The position numbers and the translations under genes are program-made. From Trichosphaerium sp. ATCC 40318 (lineage: Eukaryota; Protista; Tubulinea): a stretch of 64,000 nt of DNA. The notes under the pieces are model-generated. The model did not search any database, was not told where the DNA came from, and saw only the letters and a list, made by a program, of their open reading frames with translations. The stretch lies in assembly GCA_038496445.1 (NCBI GenBank), contig JALMLS010000571.1, positions 83,191 through 147,190 of the forward strand. Direction: 5' to 3'. This document shows positions 39,630-53,050 of this stretch, one piece after another (the stretch's first letter is position 1; the number at the start of each line of letters is the position of its first letter).

Positions 39630-42600
39630 TTAGGGTTCACGTTGCAACATCACCAAGACACAAACCGGCAATTTACCAATCTATATTAGTTTACAATACT
39701 TACAGTAAGAACCACAGCGCCTCTAGGCTTGTGTGGCGTTTAAATTTTCTTTAGTTTTGCATCTTGAACGAACGACGACAAGACAGCATTGCGCGTTCGT
39801 TTAATTTTAATTTTAAATACGGGACTCTCCATAGCAGCCCGCTCTGCGTTTAGTACTAATGACACAAGTCAGCCTTGCCAATATGGTTTCAAAAGGGTGG
39901 GAAATTGCGTACTTTTAGTGAGTAAGAACCGGCGAAAATCTTTGCCCTTTGCGAAAATGGGTTTCTTTGGAAGCTTTGGGCCAAACGGTCGGACCTACAA
40001 AGGTGTTAGACGCAAGCTACAGGGACATTGATTATGTACCCCTTGTTTACTGGCAACTGCGACCTTATATCTCAGCTCACCGTCCTTGGTGTAGCAGACG
40101 GATACTATAATAAAGACATCTACGAGGAACGTGATGTTAGTTAATAAAGACAAATAGCAACAAGCTGCAATGGCATTGTCTTTGCTACATACGTATAAAA
40201 TTGGACGTGAGGAGAGTTGGGTCGAATCGATCACCGGCCTCCATGAATACTACAACGACGATATCATTGCCAATGTGTCTCTGCTCTCTTGTTAGAACTT
40301 ATGGTGTACGGGGAGGGGAGGCAACGTACCTTTTTGCCTACTTGTTGTGCATCCTTTGGATTGAACGGCAACATCGTAGACACATGAAACATCACTTTGT
40401 AGTGCATAAATTTTGTGAAAACGGACTCTGTACCAGTCCTGTCCTCTGTCATTGGCAACAAAAGTTAATGATAAATCAGCACCAATCAGGAAAACAAAAA
40501 AAAGTGAATACCCTTGACATCAAGGCCGGCTTTGAAGTCGTTCCATCCCAATAACCGTATTCTTGTACCAATACACTCCAAAAATTCGTCCAAAAGTCGA
40601 CTGTCATCTATTTCGGGTAAGATTAAATCGCAGCTTATTAATGAAAGGTCAGTACTGTTGCCATAGAACTCATTCTCGGTCGTCTGACCTTCTTTAACGA
40701 CGAGCACACCAATTTTTATATTTGTTTCTGACTACAAGGCAAAGTTATGACAAGGTAGTAGTACTAGGTCAGGTAATAAGGACGGTACCATGTCATTCTC
40801 AAATTTTACAAGCTTGTTCTCTAGCTCTAAACACCAGTTGGTCATTATTGTCAAAGGGTCATGTAAATGGGGAACGCACGCGGATCAAACATTTTGTATA
40901 GTTTCATAGAGGCGTATTTGTCTCCTAGATCCTACAATACAGTGTTAATAATGGCCACTTGTACCACTTTTATTGAAGATTCAGGTCGTACTCTTTTGAT
41001 ACAAGATATAGCATCTCGCAACTTTAATTGTGTAGGAACAAACAACCACAACTCACCCTGTCTGTGCTTTAGAATTTTTCGAAAAAAATATGGGTGTTTA
41101 TTACCTCCCCTGTTCTCACTAAGACTCGCGTGTTTGCCACCCGTTGTTCATCTGGTTTCTCTATGGATATAAGGACCACTTTGTTGGGACCATCAACACC
41201 GCCAATGTTGTAGTGAGGCTCTATTCATGATAACGTTAGAAGTGATCTGCTAATCATTTGCAGCAACTAAAACATGCACGTGCTATCTTTGAAGTGCTGC
41301 GCGTAGTATTTTTCAGCCATGTCGTCCTCTTCGATGTTTAACCAATTCATTTGCTCCTTCAATAGCAGTCAGTGAGGTCACAGCAGTAACCAAGGACCGA
41401 ACGCACTTTCAAGTTTGTAGTTCTGTCTCCGAGTTCCACATTCATGCTTGTGTCCGAGGGGTATATCAATGGTGCTGCAGACGCACTTAATTTGTACTCT
41501 TCGATAGTTTGTGGAATAGGTATCGTTCTGAGAAGTTAGGCAAAAAAAAAAATAACAGCGAATAAAAGTATCTTACTTTGTTATAATCTCACTCAGCTTG
41601 TTGATGGCGGTTGGGTGTTTGATAATAAAGCTATTGATACGTCTCTTCTTTTTGCCTAGATCCAAATCATCCCAATTGGCGACAGACGCTTTCGGATCCT
41701 TTGCAAAAAAAAAAAATGAATAAAAATAATTCCAAGTTGCAATGGCTGTGCGACTAACTGCCATCCGACGAAAGAAGAGAAACGCGTACAGGTAGAGTCA
41801 TTGAAGCTACGTTGCTTGGTTTAGGATTACGCCATAGGATGCGTTTTCTTCTGCGCACTGGTGTGACCCTTAAAGTCCGTCGCGCAAACAATTTGTTTAT
41901 ATCTTCTATTGACAATTCTGATTGTTCCAGCTCTTCCATCACTTTTGGTGTATTTTCGAGGTACTCATGTTCAAAAGCCGCGACGACCTGCAAACAACGT
42001 GTTAAAAATATTTTTTAGGCTAAACGGTGTTATTGATCTTAAAGAATACCTGGGTTGTACTGAAGTCCTCCAGAATTTCAACGGGCGGTTCTGTTAATAC
42101 CACGTGCTTTTTATCGTTTTTTTTCGACCTTTTGAACACTTGCGTCAGCTAAACTACCAAATGCAAAAGCCTTACTTTTTGTCGGGAGTACCACTTCGTT
42201 TGTTGTATCTACAGCAACATTGAGAAACAAACTTTTTGGTTTTTTTTTTTTCATTAATTGGTTTTGGGTTAACACGGCAGCCCCACTAATTCAGTTTTCT
42301 TCGTGCACCGTACTTGTTTTTGTCCTTGCCGCGACCTAACTTGCTCGCGTTGCCGTTTGTGTCAGGAAAGCGATGTATACCAGCAATTGAACCTGATCTC
42401 ATTTGTCTGCTGCGTGGTGTTTCTGAATCAAGTCCATTTTTCGTGGGCATCTCGGGCATGGCTTGCGAATTGAATAATTATTTACCCAAATTACAGAGGA
42501 ACTACAAAAAACGTTTTTTACAGAATTATACTTACACCTCATACTGAACATCGACAAGGTTTCGTCATCCGTGTCGCTATCAGAACTATCATCACGTGGT

Positions 42601-43096
42601 CCCGTATGTAAGCCTGCGTGACCTCTGGTTAAGAAGTTGCGGCCTTTGAGTTTGTTTCGCCCGCCGCGCACGTATGGAATGCGAATGGCGCTATTTTCTT
42701 CTTCGTCTGCCAACCCAATTACATTACTACTGCTCCCTTTTGACACAAAATTAGACGCTTTACTGCATGGTATATCCTCGCTGCACCTTCACCAGCTATA
42801 ATGCTACCTTTATGATCCATGGTAGAACCCAACAGTGAATCAGAAAATTAAAATCAGGCAATACAATAAAAAAGACTTTCCTAAACCTTCCTTCAGAGAT
42901 TGCAATTGACCAAGTACAGACTTACATTGTTTGCCTTTTCCTTGTATTTCTTTGAGTTTAGAAGGTATTGCATTGTGTTGCGACAACATGACTGCCTCAC
43001 TTGTTGCGGCATAATTGGCGTACATGTGCTTCGGTAACTGTTTTCAACATTTGGAGTTAAACAAACACGTGTTCCATGGTAGTACGCGAACAGCAT
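39630..43096 (-). CDS. Rap/Ran-GAP domain protein (ends approximate)
   Basis: KIGVLVVKEGQTTENEFYGN, KAGLDVK, TGTESV, MFHVSTMLPF, ERHIGNDIVVVF-type segment with Asn thumb, FGSFGP. Confidence 0.88.
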
Positions 43097-43386
43097 TCTA
43101 CACGTGATAATATCACGTTTCTTGCTAGAGATTTAGAATTCACAACAGTTGTCTTTAAACGAAAAAACGACAACGAACGAAAAGAGTTGATAAAAAAAGT
43201 GATTACTGAACAAAGTCGTAAATAGTTTTATAAAAACTGTATTAGTTAGTACTGTTTATTAATCTTATCTCAAAATCACAAGCAGCTCGATGGCTGTCTT
43301 TGGTGCGACAACATGTACACTTTAGTTACCCAAGTTTTACAATGGGTAGTGAAGTCAACGAGCAAAAAAGGGTGCACGTTATTATT

Positions 43387-44613
43387 TTAATAACGGTCGT
43401 CTCTGTAGCTTCTGCTACCACCACCATATCCTCGGTCGCGGTCGCGATCACCACCGTATCCACCTCTTCTATCTAAAGTACAATACTGTCAATTCTTATT
43501 CAAAGGGGTAACTGGAAACATGCGAGCATCGAAGTTGTTTAACCAAAAAAAAACGAAAGATAGCGGTCTATGCTCGGCGTGAAGCCAGGATTTGTAAATG
43601 TCTTTGAGTGTGATATTATGCGTGCGAAGTAAAGGAGCGACGGCAGAGTTTTGATGTGGTTTTTTTGGGCACTTGGCGTGGACTGGGCTTTTTTTTCGAA
43701 ACCGTCTGGCGAGAGCGAGTACGAATGCAAAAGAAGAGTTCACGCTCTGTGCGTTCTGGCATGAAATGGAAATTGTGATTGTTTGAGCTGCTTTTTTTTT
43801 GGGTTTTGGCTTTGCTTTCTCATGGAAGAGGTGAAGTGGAAACTGCATTTTTGGCTGGAGGAAAAGGAGAAGCTGAAATGAGGTTCGTTTGCTCGTATGT
43901 GCTGCGACACGGTTTTTTTTCGTTGCTGAGGCAAAATGTTTTCTGGAGAGATAGAAACGGCATTTTCGTTGCGCATAGTTGTGTATGTAGTAATTCTAAC
44001 CAGAGTATGGAGCTGAGCGACCACCGCTACGTCCACCGTAACCGCCACCGCCGCCACCACCACGGGCTGGACCGCGTGGGCGGGCTGGGTTTACACGGAG
44101 TTCGCGTCCTTGAAAATCGATGCCGTCTGTGTTGCGAATAACCTGTTTAAATGGTGAGTAAAAATAGCAGAAACGAAAAATAATAATTTGTACAAAAAGC
44201 GAAGTAACCAAAAAAAAAAAAACCGATTCTGCTCGTTTTCGCAGACTTCTTACCTTGTCTGTGTCTTGCTTATCGACGTCTACGAAAGCAAAACCACGGG
44301 AACGATCAGTTTCACGGTCGTAGATGACTTTAACTCTATGAATGTCGCCGAAACGTTTGAAGTAATCTTCGAGGTCTTCTTGAGTAGTACTGTAACTCAA
44401 GTTACCAACGTAGAGGGATTGAATTTTTTCGTCGCCTCCCTCTTCGTAACGGCTCTCACCGCGATCGCGATCACCTCCACGGCTTTCACTGCGGTCACCG
44501 TCGCGGCTTTCTCCACGGCTTTCGCTACGTTCAGCGCCACGGCTTTCGCTGCGGTCGGCGTCTTCGTCACCGCCTCTGCTACCGCTGTAATTATCTCTAT
44601 CGTCGTCAGACAT
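43387..44613 (-). CDS. Single-RRM glycine/RD-rich RNA-binding protein
   Basis: RNP2 LYVGNL, RNP1 RGFAFV, GRELRVNPARPR, SESRG repeats, RGGYGG/RD tail. Confidence 0.92.
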
Positions 44614-44878
44614 GTGTTTTAAGGTGTTGTGCTTGAGTAAAACTAAAAAATTTGGGGCGTAATTCTAAAAATTTCCACTCAAAAACCTACTGCAATTCAA
44701 AATACTGCTTAAAATCGTTTTTTTTTTTTAATTACAGCGTTGTTACTATTTTACAACAACATCTACAGAGAATGCTTAGCATTCTCTGCCAAATATTTGT
44801 AAGTGTGATCAGGAGCATTCCACTTACGGCAGCGCAGCCCTCCAAGTGTTTCAGCTCGTTCGGAATTGACGGATTGCA

Positions 44879-46394
44879 TTAAACTACCAATGTTTTTAGC
44901 GAGTTTTGTAGCTTTGCAATTTTGAGCAACAACACTTTCAATCCTTGCTTCACTAGCTCGTGTGGCTCAATAGCACCAGTAGTTTCTACGCAAACTAGGC
45001 ATCTATTAGGTTCTCTAAAGACTATATTTTGTCTCATTGACATCCGACGTACACATGAAATGGTTTTTCTTTCTTTTGAGCTTGATCTCATCCTTGTACT
45101 TGCCGACGCGGAGGCATTCTCTAGTACCACTGATTAATGCGGCGCAAACTATGGCGTATTGACATGATTTAATGTGTACCTGCATACAGAACACTGTCGA
45201 GCATTGGCTACTCTTGCAGTGTTGACGCCACCAATGTCTTCAATGTCAAATACGTCTCGTGGACACAATTTTACAAGTTCGTCAGCATCATCACCTGTTA
45301 TTTTGGGTATTTCTACAACTGGTAGTAACTTGTATGTTGCAGTAGAAACAGGTGAAAATTTTGCGTGATCTTTTCCTTGTCCTTTAACAGCGCGTATCTT
45401 GACGTGTATTTTCTACACAAAGTTACATTCTGTGTGGGGTGTTCATATTGGCGTACCATGCCCGGACGCAATTTGGCTATGAGAATATCGTCGTCTACAG
45501 GGCCAGGCTCTGTTAGTGACTCGAAGCGTTCCGTCTAGTTAACGAGGTTATGCAAATGGTGCTAAATACTTGTTCTATTATTGACTTTGTAAATACACTT
45601 ACTTGTTGTTCTGTGAGTGGCTCCCAGGTCAAGTCGCCAGAGTACACCTTAGAGTGTGTAAAGTTGCCGTTCTCATCTTTTTGGTTGGTGCAGGTCACAT
45701 CAAGTACAAATCCCAATGTTTGTCTGTCTGAGATTGGAGTGCCGGGAGGTGGAGGGTAGTCAAATTTTAATGGATTGACATTCAATGGAATTAATCCAAG
45801 CCTATGTTGCGTTAATACATCACATCACCTCTTAGCAGTATGCACCTATGCGCGAGGACCTAAGCTAGGGTTAGATGGGACAATAGAAGGGTGTTGTCAT
45901 GTAGCAAAGTGCAATTACCTCGTCTTGAATTATTGATGAGTTTGCGTGTATCTCTACAATTTCTATTGCCATTGTTGGCACCTACAGATCCTTGGTCAAC
46001 TCAACAAAAAAAAAAAAAGAATGCAATGACACAAACAGGTAAATCTCATACCTCAGCTATCAAAATACGGCGTAATGCGTTTGCGATGGGTGCGTCCACG
46101 CCTATGGTCGCTTAATAACGTTGTTTTAAACACGCGTTGCGTACCAACCAAGTCAAACGATATCTCCTCGTCATTTAAGTCTGTTATTACTATCTGGAGT
46201 TCGCTTTTAAATTTCTCAAGGTTGAAACTGTTGTCCAAATTCAAATATGAGAGCACAGAGTGAGACTCAAGGGTGGATGTCTACTGGCGGTTAGCTTGTT
46301 GCGTTTTGAAGGCAATACGTGCATTTTTTGGTGCTTCATAATCAATTGTTACGTTTTCCTTTTGATCTATTACTCTATCGCGTATTGTAGTCAT
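44879..46394 (-). CDS. POLR1C: RNA polymerases I and III subunit AC40
   Basis: IANALRRILIAEVPTMAI, SIIQDEVLAHRLGLIPL, DILIAKLRPG, GKDHAKFSPVSTATYKLLP, VETTGAI. Confidence 0.96.
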
Positions 46395-46490
46395 GAACGC
46401 AGCGTATTACTTAAAAAAATGTCAGAATGAACTAGAATTAAGGTAGCGCAATCGCTTAATCTGCTGATCGCTTTACGCGGTTTACAAACT

Positions 46491-49400
46491 ATGGGCGACA
46501 ACCTGTTGGATAGTACCTTGCTCGACGAGTTAGAATGGTACGGGGATTTTACCTAGTTCCTGAAACACAGATCATTTTGTTTTTCTACGTATCAACGTTG
46601 ATTTGCGCGTATTGACGCGTAATTTTTTGCTGGAAATTCTGTGATACAATTTTTTTGGTGGTTGAATTGTTGTTATTTTGACTATTATAAGCCCCATATG
46701 CTACGAAACCATGGAATCGATATATTCGGTAACTTCTGAGGAGGCAGATGGATTTTGTAGTACGTTTTAAACCACGCATTCCTTTTGTTTTAAAACTCTA
46801 CCCGCTGACTTGGCCGCAGACCACAGTTTTTGTAAAGTGTGCATAGAGGAGGTAATCGACAGCGCAAATGAAAATGGAGACGACCCAGTGTGTCCAAATT
46901 GCAGGTGCGTTATTAACGGTTTTCGAAAACATATAAATAATCAACCGACAACCCAAATCACGTTTTGTTGTTTTTGACTTACTCTTATGTGATTGTAGGC
47001 GAAAGATAAAAGGGATTGAGTTGAATATTGCTGCGATGAACATACGAGAGCAGATTTTACGCAAAATGACAGCTCTCAAAGCAAAGGCAAACCAACCAAA
47101 AGAAGAGGAACCAAATTTACAAATGGTGCAAGCGCTCGTTACAGAGAGGGAGCGTTTAGAAAGTTTGCTGCAAGGCAAGTGGCCACCAAAATTACTCAAT
47201 TTGTACGCTTCCTAGACACAGGCTAACTTGAATGACTAGAAGAGCGTAACAGAGCAGCTCAGGTGGAACAGGAACTGGAAGAGCAAGCGCATAGTATTCA
47301 AAAATTAAAGTACTTTTTTTGAATATATTAGCCACGTGATATTCACTCTTTGTAGAAAGCGCCTCACCAAGCAGAAAAACTCTCGTCAGAGCGATGTAAA
47401 TGCACTTGAAAGTGAAGTTGAAGAGCAAAGACAAAGGTACATCGAGTGCCAGGAGAGGTGGCGTTACTGCTTTTTATACAAGTACTTGCTCACCTTTTTT
47501 TTTTGTTGTATTTAGAGCACAGAGTTTGGAACAAGTGCTACAAAGTCTACGAGAAAATAAAGGCAAGGATGAAGATCAGTTGAGGGCAATGCAAGAGTCT
47601 CTTGGTGCTCAAAGGCAAGAGGCATTGGAACGTCAGCGGCAATACGACCACGCTGTTGCACAGCTTCAACAACTCGAAGAAAAGAATAGAGCGTATAAAG
47701 ATGAGGCGCAGGAAGAAGTGCAGCGTCTAGAGCAGGAATTGCAAGCTGCTAAAGGAGGGTTAATGGATAAAGAAGCGCGACAATCTAATCTACATAAAAA
47801 ATTGGTGGACATAACGAGCAAGTACCGCCTCATAGAAGAGAAACTAAGAGAAAAAGAGGAAATTATCAGGTATGCAGTGGAGGTCACATTTTTGATTGTT
47901 TCTGATTTGACTGACACCTTGTTGTACCTGTAGTAAACACGGCGAAGGTTCAATGTTGGGCATTAACCTAAGCGTATTGGAATCACCATTGCGATACCTC
48001 CAAAATCAGTACAAGCACGTTGAATCCACGTATCTTGGCTATCCTCTTCCGAAAATTACTTATCAATTGGCTGCCACGTTTTATGGTAACCCAGTGGAAG
48101 GGCCCAACTCTATACTGGCGCCAAAGAATGAGTTTTTAGAGGTCTGTCGGATAGGGTGGCGATTAGACAGCAATGTTTGTAAGATCAAACGGAAAGCAAC
48201 GGATGCCATGCTTGTGTGGAAGAAGCGTAGGATTCCACAATACAACAAAATCTCTATACAATCAATCGATGGAGACAAAGAGACGGATGAATCGCAGTCT
48301 CAAGTTTATAGTCGGTCTTTACAGTTTTTTAAAGCGTTTCGTGAGGTGATGTTCCTTGACAAGCTGGATCATCCACACATTATCAAATTGGTTTCCTTGG
48401 TAATGCAAGACAATACCCTCCACTTAGTGTACGCAAGACCAGCGCCTTCTACTAAAAGCTAATGTCTTTTTTTTTTAAACATAGTTTACCATGGGCTGGT
48501 GTTGATATGGAAGTCGCATCTACATGGAATGGGTCCGATGGTCAAAAGCGTGGGCTTTTTGAGACACCAGAATTATCACTTACACTTGATGAAATACGAT
48601 TGTTGATGTACCAGGTATGTCAACTTAAAAATTATTCAAAAATCATATTCAGGCTTCTGTTTTTGCTTTCCGCAAATTTTTGTTGATTTTTCGAAAAGGT
48701 TGTTACAGCACTGAATTATTTGCATTCTTGTGACATTGTGCACTTGGATGTGAAGCCATCATCTGTACTTGTACTGAACACTAGCAACACGTATGGTATT
48801 ACAGACCGTGGAAGGCAATTGACGGCCACTTTGTCTTCAATGGGTTGTGCAGAATCTTTGCAACCTCCTTTTCCAGACTTGCCATCATTGCAACCTACGC
48901 CCTCGTCCATTCAATTACCCAACTTTGGCTATAATTGTTGTTTTTGGGCACCAGAGTTAGCAGCAATGCAACAGTACAACAGAGGAGAACACGTGCCCGC
49001 TCATTGGGAATGGAAAAAGTTGGACGTTTGGGCTATAGGCACATTGTTTGCTTCTGTTCTACGACGTGGCGATCCCCTTTTCTCGGGTTCAGACGTCAGG
49101 TAACCTTGTTTTCTATCAACCGTTTTGTTCATCGCTAATTTTTTCTTCAGGCAACTGTTGGAAGACATCATGTTGATCAGGGAGTGCCGTCCTCGCGATA
49201 CGACAGTTATAAGTGAATTCCCAGTACACATAAAACACGTGAAACAAGAAGAAGCGAAGCCACTCTCAACAGTGCTGAAACAAGGGTAAACAATCTTTTT
49301 TTTGTTGTTCGCCTTCAACATAAAATTGAAGTTTGTTTTAGGATTTTCAGTGGCGCCAACAAAGATCAAGAGCTTGCTGCAGCATCTGATTTACTGAGAC

Positions 49401-49591
49401 AAATGTTAGCGTTTGAGCCGGAGATGCGACCAACTACTGTACAAATATTACAACATGGGTTCTTCAATAAGGTTGTGGATCCTCGGTTACACCTCGACAA
49501 CGGACAACGCAAGTTTGAACTCACAGATTCAAATATTCTACCTTGGATAGAGACCAGGGTTGCGGAACGCATTGCCTATTGGAAGAAATAG
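46491..49591 (+). CDS. RING finger - coiled coil - CMGC-like pseudokinase
   Basis: Spliced ELECPICYE...FCNHSFCKVC...CPNCR (C3HC4); Glu/Gln coiled coil; kinase fold FREV..L.KLDHPHIIKL, YLHSCDIVHLDVKPSS, WAPEL, DVWAIG, MLAFEPEMRPT. Confidence 0.85.
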
Positions 49592-49927
49592 TCCCTCCAG
49601 AAAACAAAAAAAAAAATGTACATAAAAAACCCAAACCCCCTGTTATTTTAGCTGAATACCTTGCACCTTATTGTTACTTTGTAACAGCATGACACTACAC
49701 GCATCTCGTGTTAATACAATGTCTTCACTTGCGAAAGCCTAGCTTTGTTGAGTGAGTTAGTTGTATACAAATAGCTAAAGATATTTTTTTCAATAACACA
49801 CTTTTTTGGCATTCTTGGCGGGTCAAACGTAACATTCATGAATACTGTTATTAACGGCGTTACAACGTATCAAAATACAACAACAGGTGCTGTGTTCAAC
49901 TACAGAAAGGCATAACTGTAAATTGCC

Positions 49928-51573
49928 ATGGATTTGTACCAGTGGAGAGAGAAGGTTAAACAAGCGACGGAAAAAGGTGGTAAAATACCTAAAGAGCAAC
50001 TTGATGCGTTCTTGGAGCAATTGGCACAAGTACGCCTGATTTTAGGTGTACGCTAACAAAGCAAGGATATAGCGATGACTGACGCATCCACTGATAAAGA
50101 CGTAACCAGAATGCGTACTAAATTATTGGCAGGATTGCAGGTGACATTTCTCTCAAAATTTAGTTCGAACAACCACGTGTTTATTTGCATATAGGCTTGC
50201 CCAATGGATGCTGAGTCGTCAACTAAACTACTGCGTGCATGCATGTCGTTTCAATCTGATGGCCCTGCAGTTGACAACAAGTACGAGCTACTGTCTTTCA
50301 GGGCGTCGACTGACGTGACTAGAGTGTTCCAATGGAAGGCAAGGAGAGTTTCACAATCCATCCAAGTTCCGGGCGCCAAGGCTGCTGGTCGCTATCCACT
50401 CTTCCTCGGTGTCTTTGGACACAATCAACAGTCAATAGCCGAGGCTGTTGCACATATACACCAAGCTGATGCTGTAAAAGTCAATGACACCGGGAAAAAT
50501 TCGTCTCCCTTTCACTTGTTGGTACGAAACGTTGCATTCATTGCACTTCTTAATGCTAACAATGCAATAGCTATTGACCGCGCTTGATTGCACTGCCAAA
50601 CACTGCTTATTATCACGTGACAAAATAGTTGCAAAGCAGAAGTACGTGATCTGATACGCAAACGCGTGGTAAGTGCTTACTTAATGATCCTCTCTCTAGT
50701 GTGGCGCACCTCTTGTCAGAAATCTCAAGTATTGGGCATTGGGTTGGCGCTATAGATGGATTATCTCGGCTCATTGCACAGCACAAACAACATCGCAATT
50801 TTGTGCTGTGGTACGCAATTACGGTTGGCAAGCGCTATCAACATTTTAGTAACATTTTCTTAGGGGAGGTGTTCTAGCGCAAGTACTCTCTCATGATACT
50901 ATTGGCAAGCCTCGGGTACGCCACGTTCTTATAACAGCCATGTTTACGCTGTCTGGTCCCGACAACAATAACTACCACCTATTTGTAGTTGCGCTCTTTT
51001 GGATTGTTGCCGCCTAGCGGGGCTAATTTAATGGTGTTGGAGCAGTGGCTCTGTCGCGAACTGGTTGCGCATCCGACAGCACAAGTGTCTGTATTTATAT
51101 CGTGCTTCGACGGGATAAATCTCATCTTTGGGGCTCAGGTCATGCGTATCACAGGCGGAACCGGCGTTCTTGCAACGTACTTGATTTATCTACTCAAAAC
51201 ACTGCACAATCCGCAAGTGGATGCCGACACTCTGCGACAAACGCTGCAGGACACTGCCGATATTAAAAAATGGGTGGACGGCATGTGGGCCACCTTTGGG
51301 GTGTTGGCTCCCTCCTTGATTATTGGCGCAGTTGCTGTCCACGGTAGGTTGAAGATTGTTCATCGCATCGCTGTTGCATGCTACAAGTATATCGCGTCAC
51401 CGGTTGCAATACGTCCAGGGTGGCTCCCTGCTGTATTTTTATATGTTGTGGTGGTCTTTATCCGACATCACCGCAATCATCAGAACTGGATGCGCACAGC
51501 TAATGCACTTTATGGTGATTGCCTTGCTTTATCGACGAGGTACAACATTAATGTTCCAATTGAGCGGTTGTGA
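49928..51573 (+). CDS. Hypothetical protein with hydrophobic C-terminal segments
   Basis: MDLYQWREKVKQ... spliced through ORFs 50204-50587 and 50989-51573; no family recognised. Confidence 0.55.
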
Positions 51574-51774
51574 TAGCTAGCTAACAGAGTTTGCAAAGTT
51601 CAGAAATGGCCAACGAATGGCTGGATACATTGAAAGCCGCGTGCACGTGTGATTAGCGTGTACACGTGCGTGATTTGCACCACGGTCTGTATTAGGGTGT
51701 ATTTACATACTAGACGTGTCTAGATTGATCGACATTCGTCTACAACGTCCGACATCATTTCGCAAAAACTGTTG

Positions 51775-52896
51775 TCAATTTGAGCAACACCGCCTTGTAG
51801 AGAGTCAGCTATTATGCCATTCGAAGCGAATGTGGGATACCTGGATGATGGTTCTTGGGTTACTGCACTTTTGTTAAGCCGCACGCCACCGCGTGTTTCA
51901 TCTGGTAGCGTAGCGCCTTTAACAATGTTCTCTATTTGCGAACATGGTTAACAACATTGAAGAGGCCAACTTGTCATACCAACTAAAAATCCAAGTGCTT
52001 CTTCAATATTTTCGTTGTTTTTTGCGGATGTTACGAACCAACCTACCCCGCCGGTATTAGCACGTGTTTTGTGGGCGGGCAAGAAGAATTAACGAGTACC
52101 TGAATAGCCATGTGTAGATGCATAATGTTGTATCTCCTCCTCTGTAATACATGGCCTTACACCGCCTTCTTTGATCAAGTCGATTTTATTGCCTATGAGG
52201 ATGACTGGGATATTGTCATTGCTGTTTAGTTTAGATTCTAGATCCTTTTTCCACCTTTCCTGCATAGGTTTCTTTAATCTAGATTGGGTTTATCACTAAC
52301 GCACCACAGCTTCGAAAGTGTTGAGTCTTGTCATGTCGAAGACTACCTGAAGGTGCGTGCGAGTCAATACAAAAAAAACCAATGGCTATGCTGCGCACAA
52401 AAGCCCCGACAGCATCCTTGTAGTATATGCGCGTCATGCTTCCATATCTCTCTTGTGCCGCAATGTCCCACAGCTGCAAGTAAACACGCGTTTGTTCTAG
52501 ATCGACAACCTACACGCCAAGTTACACGGGGTTGTACACGTGCAAAACTAAGGTAATGTCATTTGGTTTTTTGGCAAAGTACCTTTAGCGCAAAATCTAC
52601 GCCTACTGTCGCTTTGTAGTTCTTGGAGAAGTTGTTGTTTACATAACGTTGAATGATAGACGTCTTTCCTAGTCGAAAAGGTAAATACGCAAGTTATTCG
52701 TGCGGTTAGGCACAGTTGCCACTCGACAAAACAACTCAAATTGAAAATAAAACAATGGCGAAAATTCCTAACCTGAGCCAGCGTTACCAACTGCCACCAC
52801 TTTAAACCTTTCGAGTCATTAACGGTTGCCAAGTAGGAGAGCTTTTTTTCTCTGTGCGTACCTGAGTTCTTTGGTGCCGTTCTGTTGCTCTGTCAT
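51775..52896 (-). CDS. RAB32: Rab32/38/Rab7L1-type small GTPase
   Basis: [64 protein letters not shown]-terminal RRCCSN. Confidence 0.85.
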
Positions 52897-53050
52897 GTGA
52901 CAAACGGGTAGAAAATATCCTTTGCCAGCCGCTCAGTGTGGTTTGCTCACGTTAAAATCGCGAGGGATTTGCTGACCAAAGTTTTGGCAGCCTGATAACC
53001 AAATCTTGTAACATTACACCAAAGCTGCCTATGTTAGTAAATTCCATTAG

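Noticed and set aside
44188-44622. 144-aa Ala/Thr/Phe-rich plus-strand ORF
   Set aside because: Antisense shadow of the repetitive SESRG region of the RRM gene
51794-51840. GTATCCCAC donor in the last Rab intron
   Set aside because: Lacks the T residues of the U12 donor and has an ordinary GCTGAC branch site; treated as U2-type
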